A stretch of 64,000 bases of DNA from an uncultured Spirochaetota bacterium (GTDB lineage Bacteria; Spirochaetota; Brevinematia; Brevinematales; JAOACQ01). Location: contig CAVYGN010000001.1 of the NCBI GenBank assembly GCA_963768055.1, forward strand, positions 1,152,001 through 1,216,000, given 5' to 3'. The number at the start of each line of letters is the position of its first letter. Position 1 is the first letter of the stretch. Shown here piece after piece: positions 1-10,305 of this stretch. The position numbers and the translations under genes are program-made. Below the pieces are notes generated by a model. That model did no database searches. It was not told the DNA's origin and was given only the letters and a program-made list of their open reading frames with translations.

Positions 1-789
1 TTCTTTATCAAACTTCTCCATAACAATAGAATAAGCCTTAATATTTTTATTGGTAAATGTTATATAGGGATGATCGGTTATCCTTGTATATCCGATTTCC
101 TTATAATAATCTATCCTGCCGGAGTTGATTGTATATCCCTCTTTCAGGTCTTCCACTTTTACATTTCCAAGCGCATTAAAGCTTTCAAGGCTGCCCTTTA
201 TGGTAAAGAAGCTGATTTTATCGGCGTTTATAATAGTCTTTTCCTGTTTTGTACACGCATTGCCAATAACTATGATGTTTCCTGTTTTTTGATAGACAGT
301 AGCCTGGTCTCCTTCGATTGTAAAATTGGTGTTCGTTATATTAACATCGCCCAGCATAATAATGGTATTTTTTTCAGGATAAATTTTCATTAAATCGCTT
401 TTAGCAACTGTGTTATCTTTAAGCATAACGATTTTAGGATTATCTCTTACCACGATTTCCTTTAACCGGGTTCTGTAAGTGCCTTCGCCGGATGTAAGAA
501 TGATATGATCCTTGTTATTCCGGTAATAAACATTACCGAAAGCGTAACCGATTTCTTCCTTATTGTCATACATTATCATATCGGCTTTAAGGGTTGATTT
601 TCCCTGGGTTAGTACCGGGATTATATTGTTGGAATTTTCCAGGAATACCTTTTCAATCTGCCATTTATAAGTCATCCTTCCGGCGGATACATCTACAGGT
701 TCGTTTGTTGAAGTTGTAGGAGATTGTATAGCCTCGGAGAAACATAAACGGAATAATATTAAAAACAGGATTACAGGAAAAATCCTCAT
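1..789 (-). CDS. LptA/OstA-like LPS transport protein (partial, runs off window start)
   Basis: Not in the ORF track. ATG at 789 reads MRIFPVILFLILFRLCFS (signal peptide), then beta-rich segments such as STLKADMIMYDNKEEIGYAFGNVYY; lies directly downstream of lptC. Confidence 0.7.
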   Translation of the reverse strand, partial: MRIFPVILFLILFRLCFSEAIQSPTTSTNEPVDVSAGRMTYKWQIEKVFLENSNNIIPVLTQGKSTLKADMIMYDNKEEIGYAFGNVYYRNNKDHIILTSGEGTYRTRLKEIVVRDNPKIVMLKDNTVAKSDLMKIYPEKNTIIMLGDVNITNTNFTIEGDQATVYQKTGNIIVIGNACTKQEKTIINADKISFFTIKGSLESFNALGNVKVEDLKEGYTINSGRIDYYKEIGYTRITDHPYITFTNKNIKAYSIVMEKFDKE

Positions 790-800
790 ATTTTTGTGGC

Positions 801-1322
801 TCATTTACTTACTTTTCCCTTTCCTTTTTCAAGGGTTACCTGCTTCAAGCCCGCATCAGCGAGCAGATTGTATCCTCTTATTACTGAATTTCCCCTTGTT
901 AAAGTGACAAGGTCATCTGGATCCGTATAAAATATCTTTTTCTTATTATCCCAATAAACCTTGTTGGCTTCAAGGGTCGACTGATTATCCGAAAGGATTT
1001 TAACCTTGCCTTCGGCGTATACATCGGTGGTTATTTTATTTACATAACCCCCGTTAGCTGCCAGGAATGATTTTACAGTGCCGTCGGGGTTAAAAAAGGT
1101 CATTGCAAGATTGTATAAAAAAATCTCGTTTTTCGGGTTGTACATTTTCGCTTCGCTTGCTCTGAGCTCCCATTCCTTGGTACCTGATAAATTGGCCGAT
1201 TCATATTTAAAATCTCCCAGTACAAGGTCCGGAAATTCCGTGTTCTTATTAGTCGGATTTTTGAAAATAACAGCGCATGAGCATAATGAGAATATTAGAA
1301 ATAAATAAACTGTTTTCTTCAT
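801..1322 (-). CDS. lptC: LPS export ABC transporter periplasmic protein LptC
   Basis: N-terminal anchor; KEWELRASEA, VYAEGKVKI, LEANKVYWDN and IRGYNL segments typical of LptC; upstream of an LptA-like gene. Confidence 0.85.
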   Translation of the reverse strand: MKKTVYLFLIFSLCSCAVIFKNPTNKNTEFPDLVLGDFKYESANLSGTKEWELRASEAKMYNPKNEIFLYNLAMTFFNPDGTVKSFLAANGGYVNKITTDVYAEGKVKILSDNQSTLEANKVYWDNKKKIFYTDPDDLVTLTRGNSVIRGYNLLADAGLKQVTLEKGKGKVSK

Positions 1323-1463
1323 TGACCGTCCTCAATATTCTTTGTATTTCAGAGTATCATAGCCGGCCGGGTATAAATAATTATTGAATTTTAGTAGTAA
1401 TTTTTCTACTCTTATCTTATTATATTAGATATATCGATTTATTGCAAAGAGTTCTTAATAGTT

Positions 1464-2180
1464 ATGAAAAACAAACTTATTTTAAAAGCCCTTGATATAT
1501 CAGAAAAGGCGGATATAAGCAAGGCTTTCAATCTTCAAAAAAATCTGTCCCGCTTCATAAGGCGGGAAGACGCAATAAAAGGAGTAAGATATATAGCAGG
1601 AGTCGATATATCTTACTCGAGGGAAGAATCGTTTTGTTCTATAGTTTTATTGGATAATTATTCAAAGGATAAACCTGTAATCGAAAAAGTTTTTTCCGTT
1701 AAAAAAATTTCCTTTCCTTATATTCCAGGTTTGCTTTTTTTTAGGGAATTTCCGGTTTTTTTCGAGTGCTATAAAAAGCTGAAAATCAAGCCCGGGGTTC
1801 TTATTTTTGACGGCCATGGTCTTTCCCACCAGAGAATGATGGGGATTGCGACAATGTCGGGAATATTGCTGAACAAGCCGAGCATAGGCTGCGCCAAGTC
1901 GCATTTGTTCGGCAACTATACTCAGCCCGGTGAAAAAAAGTTCTCATGCTCGGAGCTTAAGGTCCATGAAACGACAGTAGGTTATGTTCTCAGGTCTAAA
2001 GAAAAAGTTAAACCTATTTTCATTTCAACCGGATACGCCGTATCGCCCCATAAAGCCCTTGAAATAGTCTTAGGGCTCATTACAAATTATAAACTGCCTT
2101 TGCCGACACATTATGCTCATTATTATAGCGAAGGATATAAAAATTCAACCCGCAAACCCAATGATCCTGACCCGGTATAA
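1464..2180 (+). CDS. nfi: Endonuclease V
   Basis: IAGVDISY, FPYIPGLLFFRE, FDGHGLSH and SIGCAKS motifs. Confidence 0.95.
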   Translation: MKNKLILKALDISEKADISKAFNLQKNLSRFIRREDAIKGVRYIAGVDISYSREESFCSIVLLDNYSKDKPVIEKVFSVKKISFPYIPGLLFFREFPVFFECYKKLKIKPGVLIFDGHGLSHQRMMGIATMSGILLNKPSIGCAKSHLFGNYTQPGEKKFSCSELKVHETTVGYVLRSKEKVKPIFISTGYAVSPHKALEIVLGLITNYKLPLPTHYAHYYSEGYKNSTRKPNDPDPV

Positions 2181-2286
2181 TGGCAGTTCTAAGAAACGCC
2201 CATAAATTACTATTCTGAATATTATCATCCGATAATATTTAGGGTAGTTCCATTAATCGCCCATAAGCTAAAGGTCTTTTCAACAA

Positions 2287-2314
2287 TTGACAACAGGAAA
2301 ATGCGTATTATAAT
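2287..2314 (+). promoter_or_regulatory. sigma70-type promoter for the 2345 operon
   Basis: TTGACA-16nt-TATAAT, 30 nt upstream of ATG 2345, with SD GAGGAG. Confidence 0.75.
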
Positions 2315-2344
2315 TTCTAATTATAAAAATCAGAAGAGGAGTCG

Positions 2345-3211
2345 ATGAGAATCAATGTTAAAGAAGCCCTGATGATCTCAGATAAGTATGATTCCGAGGT
2401 TCCGATACTCTATCTGTCCGATATACAGATAAAAAACAACAATGAATTCGTGACGATACCAAGGGATACCCCTTTCAACCCCTCCCATTACGAATATCTG
2501 GACAAGGCGGGTATCTGCAGTATAGATGTTCAATATAATGAAAAATTGCATGCTAAGCTCATATCGAATTTTCCGGTTACTTATCGTCCGCCCGTGGGTA
2601 GAAAGAACGTAATCGAATTCGACAGGTTCATAGATATACTTGAATCGGCAAACGGTTCAAGTAAAAGAAAAAGAAATATAATTTCTCTCTCTGAATTTTA
2701 CAAAAAATCTCCGGGCCTGACTTACGAGGTAATATTGGGATATGGGGAAAAATTGAACTACAAAAGGTGGAATGAAATAAAATTTAATTTAAATAGAAAC
2801 GCCTCGATCGACTATAGATTTGATGAATGCGGGATAATCGTTTTTTTCATTTTGAATGCCCTGGATTCTAATTATTCTCAAAATTTCATGAAATTTACTG
2901 AACTTGTTTCACTAATAGTCGATAGTAAAAGACTGGATATTATATTCAGTCCGGATTTTGATCCGGAAACTGACGTCTATACCGTAAACGCCAAAGGCGA
3001 TTTATTAAAATCTTATATAGAGAGCAACGCGTCTCTTATTATCGTCGGAGAAGACCTTAACGAACAATACAAGGATGCGCTCTCACAGGTAAAATTCTAT
3101 GACCGTTATGCCAAGTTCATGGTCATTAAAAACCCCGAACCGTCAAGAAGAGTGGAAATTCTAACACAGATCAAAAATGTTTACGGTAGCAGGTTATGGG
3201 AAGAAAAATAA
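2345..3211 (+). CDS. Hypothetical protein with a possible C-terminal pseudo-receiver domain
   Basis: 288-aa ORF with promoter and SD; the C-terminus has a REC-like pattern (DVYTV..DLLKSYIESNASLIIVG..FMVI) without the acceptor Asp. Confidence 0.6.
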   Translation: MRINVKEALMISDKYDSEVPILYLSDIQIKNNNEFVTIPRDTPFNPSHYEYLDKAGICSIDVQYNEKLHAKLISNFPVTYRPPVGRKNVIEFDRFIDILESANGSSKRKRNIISLSEFYKKSPGLTYEVILGYGEKLNYKRWNEIKFNLNRNASIDYRFDECGIIVFFILNALDSNYSQNFMKFTELVSLIVDSKRLDIIFSPDFDPETDVYTVNAKGDLLKSYIESNASLIIVGEDLNEQYKDALSQVKFYDRYAKFMVIKNPEPSRRVEILTQIKNVYGSRLWEEK

Positions 3212-3678
3212 ATCTTGTCCTGGAAGTGTTACCCTTCCTTGAAAATTTAATATGGTTCAATATCAAACGCTTCAGGATATTAAGCTTTTGGAGGATAATG
3301 TTTTTTTTGATCAATCTCATGCTTTTTTCAGTCACTTTCCTTACGGTTCCTCAAAGTTTTCTCTATTATATTTTTATTATTGTAAGTTTTTCAAATATGC
3401 TTTTTATTTATTCCAGAATTATTTCCCGAACAGACGCCTATATTTTACTTAGGCAGCTAGGCTCATCTTTTATATTTATAATTTTTGATAATATATTCGA
3501 AATAATTCTTGTTTTTGTACCTGCGGCCGCTTTTTCCCTTATTTTTTCTTTATATATACGGCCTTCCGCACTTTCTTTCCTTTTTATACTGTTCCAGGCT
3601 CTTGTCGTAGTATTGTTTATTCCTATCGTATCATTAATTGTCCTGATCAGGCTCGATAAACAGATCAGGGAAGAGTGA
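3196..3678 (+). CDS. Small multi-pass membrane protein (FtsX/LolC C-terminal-like)
   Basis: About 4 hydrophobic helices and ILLRQLGSS (FtsX-family LRxLGA-like); overlaps the ABC ATPase gene. Confidence 0.55.
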   Translation: MGRKINLVLEVLPFLENLIWFNIKRFRILSFWRIMFFLINLMLFSVTFLTVPQSFLYYIFIIVSFSNMLFIYSRIISRTDAYILLRQLGSSFIFIIFDNIFEIILVFVPAAAFSLIFSLYIRPSALSFLFILFQALVVVLFIPIVSLIVLIRLDKQIREE

Positions 3679-4373
3679 GCTTAAAGAATATGGATATCAA
3701 GCTTATACATATATCAAAAAAATACAAATCCGTTGACAATAAGTTTATAAAGAGCCTTGAGAGCGTCAATATCGATATAAATTATGGTAATTATATGTCA
3801 TTTGTCGGCCCGTCCGGGAGCGGAAAAAGCACACTTCTAAAAATTCTAACGTCAAATCTTAAACCCAGTTCAGGAGAAGTTTTCTGGGGAAAATACAGGA
3901 TTTCAGCAACACCTCAACAAGAAGTAGCTTATATGAGAAGAACTAAATTCGGAATAATTTTCCAGGATAATCAGTTTATTAACGAACTTTCTGTCGAGGA
4001 CAATATTCTTCTCCCGCTTGCAATAAACAGTTCCCCTGTAAGATCAAAGTTTAAATATTATAATACTCTTATGGAAAGCCTCAATATTGGGGGTCTAAAG
4101 AAAAGATACCCCTTTGAATTGTCCGGAGGGGAAAAAAAGAAAGTGTCAATTGCGCGTTCTCTCATTAATAATCCTGAAATACTGGTAGCCGATGAACCTA
4201 CTGCAAATCTCGACGAGGCGTCGGCCCGTGAGGTTTTCAATATATTCAGTAATTTGAATAAACTTGGATTAACAATTGTTATTGCTACGCATGATGAAAG
4301 ATTCGGCAATTATTGCAAAGAGACCTATTATATACGCAGCGGGAAAATCGAGAGTTTCAAGGGAAATACTTAG
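3675..4373 (+). CDS. ABC transporter ATP-binding protein (LolD/MacB/FtsE-like)
   Basis: GPSGSGKST, LSGGE, ILVADEPTANLD and IATHD motifs. Confidence 0.92.
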   Translation: MSLKNMDIKLIHISKKYKSVDNKFIKSLESVNIDINYGNYMSFVGPSGSGKSTLLKILTSNLKPSSGEVFWGKYRISATPQQEVAYMRRTKFGIIFQDNQFINELSVEDNILLPLAINSSPVRSKFKYYNTLMESLNIGGLKKRYPFELSGGEKKKVSIARSLINNPEILVADEPTANLDEASAREVFNIFSNLNKLGLTIVIATHDERFGNYCKETYYIRSGKIESFKGNT

Positions 4374-4391
4374 ATTTTAGATTTAAACAAA

Positions 4392-4442
4392 GGGATTGAA
4401 ACCGCATATTAAGCCCTGGAGGGTAATCAGCGTTTCAAACCC
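4392..4442. repeat. Intergenic inverted repeat (hairpin)
   Basis: GGGATTGAAACCGC ... GCGTTTCAAACCC, enclosing a small CCCTGGAGGG stem. Confidence 0.5.
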
Positions 4443-4452
4443 ATTATAAAGG

Positions 4453-6498
4453 ATGATTATGTTTCGAAAATATGCTGTGGCACTATTCATTAATTTCAGT
4501 ATTCTTGCAGTGATTTTTATTGTGTTTATATACTTCGATATTAATATAAACCGGGCGCTTGAAAAAAATATCCGATCAAGGGTGATTGCGTCATCAGTTT
4601 CAAACCTGGTTATACCACGCTACAGGAACTATATTGACTGGGATCCGGGCTTTTATAACGATCAGGATTTGATAAACGATGAAACTAATATAAGCAATGT
4701 ATTGATCTCTTCAAACTGCTCCGCCGAGCTGTCCTTTTATTCCTATAAAAAATCGTATTATCGATACGAAATCGTTCGTTTTATTCTTGCAGGTAAAATC
4801 GATCCCTCTAAATTTTACGTTATAATTTATAAAGATAAGGAAGCGCTAAGCTCTTATTTCGGTCCAATGAAACTAACATTCAGCGGATCCCGGAAGGAAA
4901 GTTATGCAAGCTGGATAAGCGGATGGAGGACTGAGACAGGGTCGTTCAGTGCTGTTTTATTTTACCTGGGCAAACCGGTAATAACCAGAAATTTTGAGGT
5001 CATTGCAAGAAAGCCTCCAGACTTTAAAAAAACACTAAGCCTTTTGAACCTTGAATATAATCAACCTGTTATTAAGAGAACAATATTTAACAGCCGGTTT
5101 AAAAAAATCGATTTTCTGAGCGGCCTTCTAGATTGGATGAATTATGGAAATATTGATGCTTTTTTTACCCTGGCTGGTGAAACAACAGGCTGGGGGAACA
5201 TTAACAAGGAGAAACCCTGGGAATATTATCCGTTAAAAAACCTCGAGATGATCGGGAAGGAACTCAGCGCCAGCAACAAACTTGTCGGTGCATATATTAT
5301 GTGTTTCTATACGCCTAAAAACGGTTGGGAAAAAGCGGGGTATAATCCTGCACTTGGCATAAGAAGGGACAATAATAACATAATATTGTCAAGTGGGAAT
5401 TTTATTTCTTTCAACGATAAAAAAAGATTTGATGATATTGTAAGCCTTGCAAAATATTTGAACAATCTAGATTATGTCGATTTTATAGGTTTTGATTTTT
5501 TGCGTTTCGGGGAATTGACGGGATATGAGAATGCAGATGAATTTACCCGTGATATGAATGTTGAAATTCCTTCCGGATGGGAGAGTTATACGCTTTCAGA
5601 TAAGATTATATGGCTTGGCCGAAGGCTGCAGGATAATGAAAATTCAGCTATAAAAGAACAATGGAATCTCTGGATAGCCCATAAAACCGCCGATTTTATT
5701 TACAGGGTAAGAAAGGCTGCGGGAATAACAAAACCCATATGGGTATTTACATTGGGCTGGGATCATGGCAGGGAGCATGGCCAGGACCCGTTCTTTTTTC
5801 AAGATGCAGGAGTATTCGCGGATTTTGTAATGTTGTACGAGGCTTCTCCCGATATGTTCGAAGCAATGAAAAAAAGCTGGGCCGGTTACCTCTCCGATGA
5901 GAAATTAAATTATATACCAGGCAACCAGATTGACTCCATCATTCTCAAATCATGTCATGGAAACAATCCTGTAGAAGAATATTATTACAGGCTCAAATTG
6001 GCCGCTCATTATTCTCCGAATTTCTCAAAGGGTGTTTTTATTCATGATATATCAAGAGCATTCTGGGGCAGGTTAGGAGATTATTCTTATCTTGAATGGC
6101 TTGTTTCCGGGTTATCAAGCTCCAGTTATACTCGCTGGTTAAATAATGAAATTCCATTTCACATAGAAATTCTTACAAATGAAATATTAACCGGCATCTC
6201 CGGCTTTTCGGACATTCCGGTCAGGATTCAAATAAATCCTGCCGCACTGCCGCTTCTGGCCGGGAAAATAATGACGATTGAAAATGTTGGAGATAATATT
6301 AATCAAAAGATTGACATTTCAAAAAAAACTAATATAATATTAACAGTTAGAATGAATTCAAAGATAGGTAAGATTCATTGGCTTGGGCTTTGCTCCAGAA
6401 TCGACGGCTATCCTCCTTATTTTGCTTTCGAATACATTAAGAAAAGCAATATAAATATAGCTCTAAGCAAAAATCCGAAAGTGTCCAAAAATTACTAA
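4453..6498 (+). CDS. Membrane-anchored putative glycoside-hydrolase-like (TIM barrel) protein
   Basis: N-terminal TM helix; DFIGFDFLRF resembles the FDYIRF motif of GHL10/DUF4015-type hydrolases. Confidence 0.5.
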   Translation: MIMFRKYAVALFINFSILAVIFIVFIYFDININRALEKNIRSRVIASSVSNLVIPRYRNYIDWDPGFYNDQDLINDETNISNVLISSNCSAELSFYSYKKSYYRYEIVRFILAGKIDPSKFYVIIYKDKEALSSYFGPMKLTFSGSRKESYASWISGWRTETGSFSAVLFYLGKPVITRNFEVIARKPPDFKKTLSLLNLEYNQPVIKRTIFNSRFKKIDFLSGLLDWMNYGNIDAFFTLAGETTGWGNINKEKPWEYYPLKNLEMIGKELSASNKLVGAYIMCFYTPKNGWEKAGYNPALGIRRDNNNIILSSGNFISFNDKKRFDDIVSLAKYLNNLDYVDFIGFDFLRFGELTGYENADEFTRDMNVEIPSGWESYTLSDKIIWLGRRLQDNENSAIKEQWNLWIAHKTADFIYRVRKAAGITKPIWVFTLGWDHGREHGQDPFFFQDAGVFADFVMLYEASPDMFEAMKKSWAGYLSDEKLNYIPGNQIDSIILKSCHGNNPVEEYYYRLKLAAHYSPNFSKGVFIHDISRAFWGRLGDYSYLEWLVSGLSSSSYTRWLNNEIPFHIEILTNEILTGISGFSDIPVRIQINPAALPLLAGKIMTIENVGDNINQKIDISKKTNIILTVRMNSKIGKIHWLGLCSRIDGYPPYFAFEYIKKSNINIALSKNPKVSKNY

Positions 6499-6776
6499 GG
6501 ACGCATCTAAAAACCTTCGGATAGGAAGCGTCCATAGGGCATGCACATAAAGATAAAAAGTAAGTTTTTGCAGGAAGGCTGATATTCTTGTTTATTAGAA
6601 CTGCCCTAAGGCATTTTCTTTTATAATAATCATAATTATCAATTCGGTAAGGGGAATTTAACTCGCTTGTATACACTTTCCAGAGCTTGTAAAATTTTAA
6701 TACATTGTTACTATTTGGAATTATTAAATTTCCCTATCTGATTTTATAAAAAAATTACCCTAAGAAGGAGTTTGTT

Positions 6777-8216
6777 ATGCCAAAAAGGATAAGGCTGAAA
6801 AACGGCAATGATGTTGACGAAAAATCAACAGAATCTTCAGAAAAAACTGTTCAGGATATTGAGGATAATAAAAATAATGTATTCAGCTCATATATCCATA
6901 CCAATGATCCCGAAGAGGTAATGAAGCAGATATTTACAGATGACAAAAGAATTTATATAAACAAGCTGAAACAGCTTTCAATAACCGAACTTACAATAAT
7001 AGCCGAACAGCTGAAAATCGATAACTACGAGTCCATGCACACTCAGGAAATGGTTTATCAAATACTTAGAAAGCATGCCGATAATGACGGTATAATTTAC
7101 GGCGGCGGCATACTTCAAGTTATCGAGGGCGGCTTCGGGTTTCTGCGTTCTCAAAGATACAATTTTTTACCAAGTTCGGATGATATATATGTTTCACCGT
7201 CTCAAATTTCTCTCTTTAAATTAAGAACAGGCGATACTGTCGAGGGCCATATCCGCCCTCCAAAAAGGACTGAAGAAGAAAAATTTTTCGCCCTTCTCAG
7301 AATAGAAAAAATTAACGATAAATCCCCTGAAGAAGCAAGAAGAAGGACTCTCTTTGATAACCTTACTCCTTTATTTCCAGAGCAGAAATTCAAACTTGAG
7401 GTGGAATCGGATGAAATAGCAATGAGGATTATGGACCTTTTCACTCCTATCGGAAAGGGCCAAAGGGGCCTCGTAGTCTCCCCGCCGAAGGCTGGAAAAA
7501 CCGTTTTATTAAAGAAAATAGCAAACAGTATTACAACGAACCACCCCGAAGTCCGGCTGATAATTTTTCTTGTAGACGAAAGACCCGAAGAAGTCACAGA
7601 CATGCAGAGGTCCGTTCAGGCGGAAGTATTGAGCTCAACCTTCGACGAACCGGCATCTAAACATGTGCTTGTTGCCCAGATGGTTCTTGAAAAAGCAAAA
7701 CGCCTTGTTGAAAGCGGATATGATGTAGTTATATTGCTGGATTCGATAACAAGGCTTGCCAGGGCTTATAATCAGGTTGAACCCGCCAGCGGTAAAGTTT
7801 TATCCGGCGGAATCGATTCAAACGCACTGCATAAACCCAAGAAATTTTTCGGTGCGGCCAGAAACATAGAAGAGGGCGGCAGCCTTACTATTGTTGCCAC
7901 AGCCCTTGTTGATACGGGAAGCAAGATGGACGAAGTTATTTATGAGGAATTCAAGGGTACAGGCAATATGGAAATCCATCTTGACAGGAACCTTTCCAAT
8001 ATCAGGATATTCCCGGCTATCGATATTAAACTTTCAGGTACCCGAAGGGAAGATCTTCTCCTGTCTAACGATTCCCTTGAAAAGATAAGAATGCTGCGGA
8101 AAGTCTTCGCGTCGATGCCGAACGAGGAGATCATACCCAAATTGACGACCGCTATGAAAAAGACTGAGAAAAACGAGGAATTCCTCAACAACATGCAGTA
8201 CTTCTCAAAGGATTGA
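6777..8216 (+). CDS. rho: Transcription termination factor Rho
   Basis: [40 protein letters not shown] and [10 protein letters not shown] motifs; SD AAGGAG. Confidence 0.99.
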   Translation: MPKRIRLKNGNDVDEKSTESSEKTVQDIEDNKNNVFSSYIHTNDPEEVMKQIFTDDKRIYINKLKQLSITELTIIAEQLKIDNYESMHTQEMVYQILRKHADNDGIIYGGGILQVIEGGFGFLRSQRYNFLPSSDDIYVSPSQISLFKLRTGDTVEGHIRPPKRTEEEKFFALLRIEKINDKSPEEARRRTLFDNLTPLFPEQKFKLEVESDEIAMRIMDLFTPIGKGQRGLVVSPPKAGKTVLLKKIANSITTNHPEVRLIIFLVDERPEEVTDMQRSVQAEVLSSTFDEPASKHVLVAQMVLEKAKRLVESGYDVVILLDSITRLARAYNQVEPASGKVLSGGIDSNALHKPKKFFGAARNIEEGGSLTIVATALVDTGSKMDEVIYEEFKGTGNMEIHLDRNLSNIRIFPAIDIKLSGTRREDLLLSNDSLEKIRMLRKVFASMPNEEIIPKLTTAMKKTEKNEEFLNNMQYFSKD

Positions 8217-8352
8217 ATCTAAATACCGTTTAATCTGCCATATACTGTTAAATCATATATTAATCCATCTCATCTGTGCCATCTGTGGTTAGATTTTTGA
8301 CTAAAATCACAAAATATATTAATATATAGTATTATATTTCAGGAGCACCTAA

Positions 8353-8553
8353 ATGAAAGAGGGCATTCATCCCAAACTCTTCGATACAAAAGTAAGATGC
8401 ACATGCGGAAACGAATTTGTCATACAGACAGTCGTTCCTGAAATTAACGTTGAAATTTGTTCAAAATGTCATCCCTTTTATACCGGCCAGAAGAGAATAG
8501 CTGAAAGGGGCGGTATGGTTGACAGGTTCAAGAAGAGATATAACATAAAATAA
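8353..8553 (+). CDS. rpmE: 50S ribosomal protein L31 (Cys-containing type)
   Basis: MKEGIHP, CTCG and CSKCHPFYTG motifs. Confidence 0.98.
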   Translation: MKEGIHPKLFDTKVRCTCGNEFVIQTVVPEINVEICSKCHPFYTGQKRIAERGGMVDRFKKRYNIK

Positions 8554-8565
8554 TCCATAAAAAAG

Positions 8566-9777
8566 ATGAACGGCCATATTGAAGAAGCTTTATCTGTAAG
8601 CGCTGTGGCTAAATTCATTTATTCGATCATATCTCAAAACATCTCGCCGATATGGATAAGAGGCGAGATATCAAATCTAAAGATCCAGCAAAACGGCAAC
8701 GTTTATTTCAATCTCAAGGACAGTGAATCAAAACTTAACGCCATGATAATGGCAAATTCCGGGGCCTGTTCAATGGTTCCCGGGTTAAAAAACGGACTGG
8801 AATTACTCATCCATGGCAGAGTTTCTTATTATAAAAAAGAGGGTTATATCACCCTTTTTGTAGACGAAGCGGAGTTTATAGGCGAGGGTCTTCTTAAGCA
8901 GAAATTCGACGAACTGAAAAACAGGCTTGAAAAAGAAGGTCTTTTCGACATGGCCCATAAAAGGAAAATACCGGAATATCCTCAATATGTCGGAGTCATA
9001 ACTTCCAGGAGCGGGGCTGCTATCCAGGATATCCTGAATGTTATTAACCGCAGGTTCAGCGGGGTTCACATCGTACTTTTTTCGGCTTCGGTCCAGGGCG
9101 ATTCGGCTAAGGATGAAATAGTCCGGGTAATTAAAATTGCCAATAAATTTGCGGGAGATATCCTGGATGTGCTCATTGTAGGAAGAGGGGGAGGTTCTCT
9201 TGAGGATCTGTGGTGCTTCAATGAAGAATCTGTGGCAAGGGCAATTTACGATTCAGGGATACCTGTCATTTCCGCCGTTGGCCATGAGATAGATTATACT
9301 ATTTCAGATTATGTAGCCGATCTCAGAGCTCCGACCCCTTCTGCGGCTGCGGAATTGGTTGTAAAAGATAAAAAAGACATTATAAGGCACATTACAATGC
9401 TAAAAGATAGAGTAGAAAGGCTTTTCAATGCTCAATACGATTCGTTAAAGAATTTCCTCGAAATCAGGGGTAAAAACGCTTTAAAAAGGCTCTTTCAGGA
9501 TCAGCTGTCAGACCTCGGCCTGTCTCTTGAAAATCTAAATATACGATTTTTAAATAATTTTAATAATTACCTTAACCAGGCTAAAAACTCCGTTCATTAT
9601 TATAAAGGGAAACTTGAAACTCTGCATCCCTATAATACTCTTAAAAGGGGGTATTCTATCACGTACCGTTATAATGATAACGGCACAAAGGACCTCATCA
9701 ATTCGATAAAAGAAATTTCTCCCGGAAATACGATCAATACGCTAATCCGTGATGGAGATTTCGATTCCCATGTCTAA
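8566..9777 (+). CDS. xseA: Exodeoxyribonuclease VII large subunit
   Basis: IWIRGEISN, YFNLKD, GRGGGSLEDLWCFN, SAVGHEID and RAPTPSAAAE motifs. Confidence 0.97.
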   Translation: MNGHIEEALSVSAVAKFIYSIISQNISPIWIRGEISNLKIQQNGNVYFNLKDSESKLNAMIMANSGACSMVPGLKNGLELLIHGRVSYYKKEGYITLFVDEAEFIGEGLLKQKFDELKNRLEKEGLFDMAHKRKIPEYPQYVGVITSRSGAAIQDILNVINRRFSGVHIVLFSASVQGDSAKDEIVRVIKIANKFAGDILDVLIVGRGGGSLEDLWCFNEESVARAIYDSGIPVISAVGHEIDYTISDYVADLRAPTPSAAAELVVKDKKDIIRHITMLKDRVERLFNAQYDSLKNFLEIRGKNALKRLFQDQLSDLGLSLENLNIRFLNNFNNYLNQAKNSVHYYKGKLETLHPYNTLKRGYSITYRYNDNGTKDLINSIKEISPGNTINTLIRDGDFDSHV

Positions 9778-10109
9778 TCGTATTCATGGATAAACAGGAA
9801 CTTCGCATCCAGTTTATATTCTTTTACATCGAAAGTAATGAGAAGGGGGAGCTGATCCTGCCTTTCAAGGTAAATTGCGCCGAAGGTAAATAGGGTAGCC
9901 TTGTATTTCTTTCCCTGATATGTAAACTCCAATATATAAGGAGTTTCTTTTGTAATAGTTACGTTTGGAAGTTCCGCTTGCGATATCCTGGCTCCCTGCC
10001 AGACAAAGCCCTTAAATGGAAATACCACTTCACGGTAACTAAATCCGAAACTAAGCGATTGCATAAATATAAAAAGAATGATGGGAAGAAGCATCGTCCT
10101 GATACTCAT
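9774..10109 (-). CDS. Small secreted hypothetical protein
   Basis: SD GGAGG, signal-peptide-like N-terminus, own TTGACA-17-TATTAT promoter. Confidence 0.7.
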   Translation of the reverse strand: MSIRTMLLPIILFIFMQSLSFGFSYREVVFPFKGFVWQGARISQAELPNVTITKETPYILEFTYQGKKYKATLFTFGAIYLERQDQLPLLITFDVKEYKLDAKFLFIHEYD

Positions 10110-10136
10110 AATAAGCCTCCTACTTAAACTAAATAT

Positions 10137-10165
10137 ATAATAATTCGATTTATAAACGGTGTCAA
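10137..10165 (-). promoter_or_regulatory. sigma70-type promoter
   Basis: TTGACA-17nt-TATTAT on the minus strand upstream of 10109. Confidence 0.6.
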
Positions 10166-10186
10166 TAGCAAAATTGAAATTACTTC

Positions 10187-10250
10187 AGTCAACAGTCGAA
10201 AGTCGACAGACAACGCAACTTCAGACTACAGGCTGATGACTGCAGACTAA
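10187..10250. repeat. Palindromic heptamer-repeat element (copy A)
   Basis: AGTCAAC AGTCGAA AGTCGAC AGACAAC ... AGACTAC AGGCTGA TGACTGC AGACTAA. Confidence 0.7.
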
Positions 10251-10305
10251 CGTTATATTGATATTTCCGATGCAGCGCCTTAAAATAATAAATGGAGATT
10301 TTCGG

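Noticed and set aside
70..393. 107-aa plus-strand ORF
   Set aside because: Lies antisense to the LptA-like gene at 1-789
4373..4442. 30-nt stretch ending AAGGGATTGAAAC that resembles a CRISPR repeat
   Set aside because: Single copy, its partner is inverted rather than direct, and there are no cas genes; better explained as a hairpin
10110..10305. SRP RNA (ffs), often found upstream of dnaX
   Set aside because: No conserved SRP domain IV motif; the region holds a promoter and a heptamer element
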